DNA of 64,000 bases from Lentisphaerota bacterium. Its GTDB lineage: Bacteria; Verrucomicrobiota; Kiritimatiellia; RFP12; UBA1067. The position numbers and the translations under genes were made by a program. Below, in pieces: positions 59,023 through 64,000 of the stretch (positions are counted from its first letter, which is position 1; every line of letters starts with the position of its first letter). The notes beneath the pieces are model-generated. The model ran no database searches. It saw nothing but the letters and a program-made list of their open reading frames with translations, and was not told where the DNA came from. The stretch lies in the NCBI GenBank assembly GCA_015061665.1, contig SUWC01000006.1, forward strand, positions 13,137 through 77,136. Direction: 5' to 3'.

Positions 59023-61932
59023 CTACACTCTGAGAATTTCCTTTAGCTTTTCGACGGTAACCGGCTTTAGCTGGATGCCGTCGAACCCCTTCTCGGCGAA
59101 TGTCATCGACAGTTCGACGTCGGCGGTGATTACGTAGACGGGAATTTTTGCGAACCGTTCTTCGGCCCTGATTCGCTTTGCAAGCCCTTCTCCGTCTAGT
59201 TTCGGCATCCACATGTCCGTAAGGACGATATCAAATGCCGGGGCGCCTTCTTCGGTCATTTTCTTCCATGCCTCCTCGCCGTCCTCAGCCATTACGATTG
59301 TAGGCTTGCCGAGTCGCATAAGCATCGCCTTCAGCACCATAAGGTTCATCTTCGAATCGTCTGCGATAAGGATGCGAAGTCCCTCCAATGTGCCTGTAGG
59401 CGCAGGCGACTTTGGCGTCGACTCTCCTTCCGCAACAGTGGATACAGGTGGCGTCAGCTCGATAGATGCCTGCGGATGGACAGATGGCCTTGGATCTGCA
59501 GAGCTAATTTTGACATTAGGGATCTTAACAGTAAAAGTGGAGCCTTTCCCGAGTTGCGAAACGAGGGAAAGCGATCCGCCCATAGCGGCCGACAATTGCT
59601 TGCAGATTGCAAGCCCGAGTCCGGTTCCTCCATGGCGAGCGGTCTTTGCGCTGACCTGGACGTAGGGCGACGCTATGCGCTTCTGATCAAGCTCGCTTAT
59701 GCCGACTCCAGTATCCTCCACCTCAAACTTCAGCGTTCCCGACTCCAAGTAGTCCGATCCGCTGAAGGAAAGACGAGCCTCGATAAACCCTGATTCCGTG
59801 AACTTGAGCGCATTGCCAATCAGGTTTACGGCAATTTGCCTCAGGCGATGGGAGTCAATAAGGAGGGTGGGAATCGGATCAGGGTTAAGCTTGCAGCGGA
59901 GCTCGACGGCTTTGTTGGAATTGCCTATCCGGAATGTCGTCGTGATTTCACGCAGAAGGCGCGAGCAGTCCGTCGGTTCAGGATCGATTTCCACACGTCC
60001 AGCCTCCAGCTTGGAGAGGTCGAGGATGTCGTTGATGAGGCCCAGCAAGGTGTTGCCGCTTGACAAAATGGAATCAACGGCCTGGTCCTGCTCCTCCTTC
60101 GACTTGAACCCGGCCTTCAGCATCTGCGAAAAGCCGATGATGGCATTGAGCGGAGTTCGTATGTCGTGGCTTACTGTCGAGAAGAAATAGCTCTTCGCGC
60201 GGGCCGCGAGCATCTCCTTGCGAGACATCGTGTTGTAGATGTTGAACATTATAGCCAGCGTAATGACGACAAGGCTCATCTGGACAAGATTGTAGCGCGT
60301 CAGCGCGTCATCGATCACGTCCTTCTGCTCTTTCAGGTACACTGCGTCGTCGTCTGACTGGGCGTTTTGGGGATTGTAGTTCTTCTCGTAGTGGCAACCT
60401 ACTTCGCTTACGACTTTCCCCGTGAGTCCGTGGGTAGCCTGGCGAACCCACATAAGCGAGGCGAAAAAGACAAGGAAGAGTAGCACTAGCCAGACAACGG
60501 TCGACTTTCCGAAGCGGTCATGCTGGTCGACTCGGAAAATCTTCCTGAAAGACATAAACCCAAGAATGCCCCATGCAGCGAGGATGAGGTAGGACTCCGT
60601 CGCAAAGGCGCTGACAGACCAAAAGTTCGGCACCATGAAGTATATGACGAATGTTACGGAAATCACAAGACCGATGATGCCCGTTGCCTTGACAAAGCGC
60701 TTCTTCTCTCTTTTCGCGCGAACAAAGGCGCAGTAGGAGACGTAACCGTATACTATGCCCGCGCCCACTGACGTAACGTCCACGATCCATCCGATGGCCG
60801 TTCGCCCGAAAAGAAGCACTCCGCAAGACAGAAGGACCATTGCGATTACGACGTTGACCGGCACTAGGTCGCGTTTGGAGACCGCAAACGGTCTGGGAAG
60901 GAGACCGTCCTTGGCCATGGAGTGGACGAGGCGGCTTGCCGCTATCAGGTTCCCGATGATCCCTGTAAAAATAGCCGCTAGCGCAGCTATGCCGAGAACT
61001 ACAAGCCCCGCCCTGCCCATCGCGCCCTCAACCGAGTAGAATACAGGCAGACCCTCCAGCCGCCCCTCGTACTGCCAAAGGTCGGCGACGTAGCCAATCC
61101 AGTCGTAGAACCTGTCCGGACGGCGCGCAACCGCAATAAGCGTCAAGGCGACATAGGCAAAGGCACTCGTCACGAGCGATGCAATTATCACCCAAATAGT
61201 CTTCCGTCGCTTAAAGCTAAAATCTTCGACTGTGTGGGATATCGACTCGAAACCGACGAACGCCCATGGCGCAAGCCCCACAATGCTCAGAATCTGAAGC
61301 GCAGAGCTGTTGCCGGAGGATTCGAAAGCAGGGCCCAGCGAAGCAAGCCCTTCTTTATGCCCGAGCATCACAGCTGCAAAGGCAATTGCGACGCCGCCAA
61401 GGAGAAGTATGGCAAGAAACGCCTGAAGACGCGAGACGGTTGCCGTGCCGAAGCGGCAGAAGATGAACGCGACAAGCGCAAGTGAAGCAACAGCCACCAG
61501 AAACTCGCCAAGGTATATGTCGTAGTGAAGGACATTGTAGTGGAAGCCGAACTTGAACAGCCCGCCTAGGAGGTTCCGCCCGATAAGCGCGATTGCAGTC
61601 GCATTGCTCCAGGTAATCGCAATGTATACGAGCACAAGGAACCATGCGCACAGGAAGCCGTGGTCGTAGTTGCATATCCGCTTGACGAATCCGTATGCGC
61701 CGCCAGAGTCAGGATATCGCTGCATCAGGAAATTGTAGTTGATCCCGATGAGAAGCATTACCAGCGCACCAAGCAAGATGCCGAGCAGTGTTCCTAGCGG
61801 ACCCGCAACAGGAAGAAACGTCGTTCCAGGCATGACAAACGCCCCCCATCCGACCGCACAGCCAAATGACAGGCCCCAGGCGGAAAGAAAACCTATGCCA
61901 CCACGAACTGGAATATTGTTTCCCTCTTTCAT
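59023..61932 (-). CDS. hybrid sensor histidine kinase with N-terminal APC-type amino-acid-permease-like domain (permease + HisKA + HATPase + receiver)
   Basis: First roughly 470 aa are polytopic, with GCAVGWGAFVMPG and RYPDSGGAYGFVKR (APC signatures). Then FFSTVSHDIRTPLNAI (H-box), NLIGNALKFT, DTGVGI, GGTGLGLAICKQL, and receiver ILIADDSKMN...DMWMPKLDG. Confidence 0.85.
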   Translation of the reverse strand: MKEGNNIPVRGGIGFLSAWGLSFGCAVGWGAFVMPGTTFLPVAGPLGTLLGILLGALVMLLIGINYNFLMQRYPDSGGAYGFVKRICNYDHGFLCAWFLVLVYIAITWSNATAIALIGRNLLGGLFKFGFHYNVLHYDIYLGEFLVAVASLALVAFIFCRFGTATVSRLQAFLAILLLGGVAIAFAAVMLGHKEGLASLGPAFESSGNSSALQILSIVGLAPWAFVGFESISHTVEDFSFKRRKTIWVIIASLVTSAFAYVALTLIAVARRPDRFYDWIGYVADLWQYEGRLEGLPVFYSVEGAMGRAGLVVLGIAALAAIFTGIIGNLIAASRLVHSMAKDGLLPRPFAVSKRDLVPVNVVIAMVLLSCGVLLFGRTAIGWIVDVTSVGAGIVYGYVSYCAFVRAKREKKRFVKATGIIGLVISVTFVIYFMVPNFWSVSAFATESYLILAAWGILGFMSFRKIFRVDQHDRFGKSTVVWLVLLFLVFFASLMWVRQATHGLTGKVVSEVGCHYEKNYNPQNAQSDDDAVYLKEQKDVIDDALTRYNLVQMSLVVITLAIMFNIYNTMSRKEMLAARAKSYFFSTVSHDIRTPLNAIIGFSQMLKAGFKSKEEQDQAVDSILSSGNTLLGLINDILDLSKLEAGRVEIDPEPTDCSRLLREITTTFRIGNSNKAVELRCKLNPDPIPTLLIDSHRLRQIAVNLIGNALKFTESGFIEARLSFSGSDYLESGTLKFEVEDTGVGISELDQKRIASPYVQVSAKTARHGGTGLGLAICKQLSAAMGGSLSLVSQLGKGSTFTVKIPNVKISSADPRPSVHPQASIELTPPVSTVAEGESTPKSPAPTGTLEGLRILIADDSKMNLMVLKAMLMRLGKPTIVMAEDGEEAWKKMTEEGAPAFDIVLTDMWMPKLDGEGLAKRIRAEERFAKIPVYVITADVELSMTFAEKGFDGIQLKPVTVEKLKEILRV

Positions 61933-61938
61933 GCCCTA

Positions 61939-61951
61939 ATTATAGCACAAA
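61939..61951 (-). promoter_or_regulatory. extended -10 promoter motif TTTGTGCTATAAT (minus strand), 6 nt from ATG 61932
   Basis: Reverse complement of attatagcacaaa. The spacing TATAAT-TAGGGC-ATG implies a leaderless transcript. TGGACA sits at the -35 position. Confidence 0.55.
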
Positions 61952-61957
61952 CCCGAC

Positions 61958-61978
61958 TTTTTGTCCAATGGACAAAAA
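61958..61978. promoter_or_regulatory. perfect inverted repeat TTTTTGTCCA-A-TGGACAAAAA overlapping the -35 position of the kinase promoter
   Basis: Read directly: 10-bp arms with a 1-nt centre. It also abuts the U-tail of the pgk terminator. Confidence 0.4.
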
Positions 61979-62038
61979 AAGCGCAAGAATCGCGTGGAAG
62001 GAGCCTGACGCGAACCTTCCGCACAAATTCTCGCGCTT
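61974..62038 (-). terminator. rho-independent terminator after pgk
   Basis: On the minus strand AAGCGCGAGAAU pairs with AUUCUUGCGCUU (one G-U pair), with an inner GGAAGG/CCUUCC helix, followed by a U-run. Confidence 0.75.
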
Positions 62039-62073
62039 CTAAGACTTCGTCCTAGACGAAGCCTGTATGACCA

Positions 62074-63387
62074 TTACTTGTCGTTGAGAGCCGCAACGCC
62101 AGGAAGGACCTTGCCCTCGAGGAACTCGAGGCTCGCGCCGCCGCCGGTGGAGACATGGCTCATCTCGGGCGCCTTGCCGGACTTCTTGACAGCGCTGACG
62201 GAGTCACCGCCGCCGATGATCGAGATGCCGCCGTTGGCCTTGACCGTCGCAACCGCCTCGCAGACGCCGTATGTGCCCTTGGAGAGCGGAGCGAACTCGA
62301 AGCAGCCCATAGGCCCGTTCCAGACAACCGTCTTTGCGCCCTTGACCGCATCGGCGAAAAGCTCAACGGACTTCGGTCCGATGTCGAGGCCCATCCAGCC
62401 GTCCGGAATGTCGCCCTCGCAGGTCTTCATCTGGATGTCGCTGGCGTCCTTCGTCTCGGGGAACTTGTCGGCGATAACGTTGTCGACGGGGAGGAGGATC
62501 TTGATGCCCTTCGCGGAAGCAGCCTCAAGCATCTCCTTGCAGTAGGCGACCTGATCGTCCTCGCAGAGGGAAGTGCCGATCTTGAGGCCCTGAGCCTTCT
62601 TGAACGTGTAGGCCATGCCGCCGCCGATGATGAGCGTGTCAACCTTGTTGAGCAGGCTCTTGACGACTGCGAGCTTGTCGGACACCTTGGCGCCGCCGAG
62701 GATCGCGACGAAGGGACGGACAGGATTCTCGACAGCATCACCGAGGAACTTGATCTCCTTCTCAAGGAGGAAGCCGCTGACGGCGGGCTGGAGGTAGTCT
62801 GCGACAACGGCCGTGGAGGCATGGGCGCGGTGAGCCGTGCCAAATGCGTCATTGCAGTATATCTCGCCGTAGGAAGCGAGCTTCTTGGCCATCTCCTGGC
62901 GGGACGCCTTCAGCTCTGCCTTCTTGGCCGCGAACTCCTCGTCGGTGAGGTGGATGCCCTTCTTCTCGTCATCCTTCTTGACCTTGCCGTCCTCAGCCTT
63001 GTAGAAACGGGTGTTCTCAAGAAGAGCGACTTCGCCCGGCTTGAGCGCCTTGACGACATCGTCAGCGGCCATGCAGTCCGGAACGAACTTGACTTCGATG
63101 CCGAGCTTCTTGGAAAGATCCTCGGCAACGGGCTTGAGCGTGAACGCCGCGTTGTCGGGATTCGCCGCTGCGCCGAGCTTGACGCCCTTCGGACGGCCGA
63201 GGTGGCTCATGAGAACAAGGCTGCCGCCCTGCTCGAGAACGTACTTGATGGACGGGAGAGCCGCTACGATGCGGGTGTCGTCCGTAATCTTGCCGGAACC
63301 GTCCTTAGCCATGGGCACGTTGAAGTCAACGCGCATAAGAACGCGCTTGCCCTTGATCTCGACGTCACGGAGTGTCTTCTTTGCCAT
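62074..63387 (-). CDS. pgk: phosphoglycerate kinase (long form with Lys/Glu-rich insert)
   Basis: [43 protein letters not shown]; 437 aa. Confidence 0.95.
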   Translation of the reverse strand: MAKKTLRDVEIKGKRVLMRVDFNVPMAKDGSGKITDDTRIVAALPSIKYVLEQGGSLVLMSHLGRPKGVKLGAAANPDNAAFTLKPVAEDLSKKLGIEVKFVPDCMAADDVVKALKPGEVALLENTRFYKAEDGKVKKDDEKKGIHLTDEEFAAKKAELKASRQEMAKKLASYGEIYCNDAFGTAHRAHASTAVVADYLQPAVSGFLLEKEIKFLGDAVENPVRPFVAILGGAKVSDKLAVVKSLLNKVDTLIIGGGMAYTFKKAQGLKIGTSLCEDDQVAYCKEMLEAASAKGIKILLPVDNVIADKFPETKDASDIQMKTCEGDIPDGWMGLDIGPKSVELFADAVKGAKTVVWNGPMGCFEFAPLSKGTYGVCEAVATVKANGGISIIGGGDSVSAVKKSGKAPEMSHVSTGGGASLEFLEGKVLPGVAALNDK

Positions 63388-63433
63388 TGTATTTTTCCTT
63401 TCTTGTGAAAATTCACTTGCAAAATGGGGTTTT

Positions 63434-63475
63434 CAAAATCGCAAAGGGCACCCAAGTTCGACTTAGATGCCCTTT
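63434..63475 (-). terminator. probable rho-independent terminator after rpsT
   Basis: Minus strand AAAGGGCA...UGCCCUUU (8 bp, extendable by an inner CUAAG/CUUGG pairing), followed by GCGAUUUUG. Confidence 0.5.
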
Positions 63476-63510
63476 TGCATTCACATTCCCGTCTTTTTCT
63501 CTGTGTTGGG

Positions 63511-63798
63511 TTACTTTGCGGCCGCTGCTGCCATCTTGTTCAGCTTGAGCTGAGCGCGGGATTTCTTGCGGTCCGCGGTATTCTTGGAAATGATGCCCTT
63601 CTTCGCGGCCTTGTCGAGACCAGCGACGAATTCCTTGAACTTCTTCTCGGCTTCCTCACGGCTGCCGGCGTCGGCTGCCTTGAAGAGCTTCTTGTGCGCA
63701 TCGTGAAGCTTAGCCTTGGCGACGGAATTGCGCTTGTTCGCCTTGGCGTTCTGACGGTCACGTTTCCTGGCGGCGCGGCCGCCCTTGATATTAGCCAT
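63511..63798 (-). CDS. rpsT: 30S ribosomal protein S20
   Basis: MANIKGGRAARKRDRQNAKANKRN... Small, very basic, helical protein of S20 type, 95 aa. Confidence 0.85.
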   Translation of the reverse strand: MANIKGGRAARKRDRQNAKANKRNSVAKAKLHDAHKKLFKAADAGSREEAEKKFKEFVAGLDKAAKKGIISKNTADRKKSRAQLKLNKMAAAAAK

Positions 63799-63832
63799 TT
63801 TCTTTTTCCTTCTTTGGGAATGTTCGCCGTAT

Positions 63833-63846
63833 ATTTTACCGAATTT
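63833..63846 (-). promoter_or_regulatory. promoter motif variant AAATTCGGTAAAAT (minus strand) upstream of rpsT
   Basis: Reverse complement of attttaccgaattt. Lies 34 nt before ATG 63798. Confidence 0.45.
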
Positions 63847-64000
63847 CGGTGAAAATTACAAGGGGGTGAATTGTATGGATATCTAGTGCGACCCTAGGAC
63901 ATACTAGGGGCAACAAATCGGCCGCGCCCGATCATCTTTTGTGCGTAGGCATCGAGCCTACGCTCCGATGGCTTTTCCATGCATGCGGGCCGAGGCAGTG

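Noticed and set aside
62155-63408. 417-aa plus-strand ORF
   Set aside because: Antisense shadow of pgk, with the same compositional signature. pgk motifs are clear on the minus strand.
63388-63433. Dedicated pgk promoter between the rpsT terminator and the pgk start
   Set aside because: Only a weak resemblance (TTTTGAAAAC) to the motif family and no convincing -10 hexamer. Read-through from rpsT or an unrecognised promoter type cannot be distinguished from sequence alone.
63863-64000. Possible structured RNA or tmRNA 5' end at the window edge. Cues were a GGGGG start, a later GCATGCGGGCCGAGG string, and the hairpin GCGTAGGC-ATCGA-GCCTACGC at 63943-63963.
   Set aside because: The conserved tmRNA GGAUUCGAC element is absent, and the spacing between the 5' end and the PK1-like string is far too long. 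The hairpin lacks a U-tail on either strand. A minus-strand frame stays open from the window edge to a TAG at 63894-63896, so this may simply be the 3' end of a gene lying outside the window. Nothing here can be called with confidence.

Overview
GC-rich, densely packed bacterial chromosome segment. I call 54 protein-coding genes, one of them frameshifted. I found no rRNA, tRNA, CRISPR array or intact mobile element. Nt 1-37787 is a single plus-strand block: nadB, ppdK, an MraY-like gene, argH, an SLC12-type transporter, an rpiB-glyA fusion, rlmI, sppA, rsgA, dapA, ispF, an RluA-family gene, rubrerythrin, fba, purM, htpX, nusA-infB-rbfA, hisHF and a phosphoethanolamine transferase. Nt 37784-55747 is a minus-strand block: rmuC, Nif3, BatA-like and thioredoxin-fold genes, plsC-like, ruvA, a GltD-like gene, rarA, an aminotransferase, and GH51 and GH2 glycosidases. 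After that come a divergent sulfatase/esterase pair, a large hybrid sensor kinase, pgk and rpsT. The gene content (TAT-signal Gfo/Idh/MocA enzyme, sulfatase, GH2/GH51, Bat-like genes, PPDK, reverse rubrerythrin) suggests an anaerobic glycan-degrading PVC/Lentisphaerota-like organism; this is inference only. Most unusual items, in order: (1) a two-gene cassette at 28510-30415 encodes a group-4 [NiFe]-hydrogenase-like large subunit with its Ni-Fe cysteine ligands mostly replaced, plus a fused HycF/HycG-like Fe-S subunit. It has no membrane or maturation genes nearby and sits directly behind a sensor kinase. (2) A hybrid histidine kinase has an entire APC-type permease as its input domain. (3) A T-tract/extended -10 promoter motif (TTTTG[A/G]TATAAT) recurs at almost every larger intergenic gap. 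In several cases it abuts the start codon, which implies leaderless mRNAs. (4) ppdK carries a 1-nt frameshift. (5) nadB contains a (GGGGAAY)x8 heptamer repeat. (6) RpiB and SHMT are fused. (7) There are tandem thioredoxin-fold paralogs, one without the CxxC motif. (8) Three Opp/Dpp-type ABC ATPases lack any permease or binding-protein gene in the window. All family calls rest on motifs read by eye in the translations; no database search was possible.
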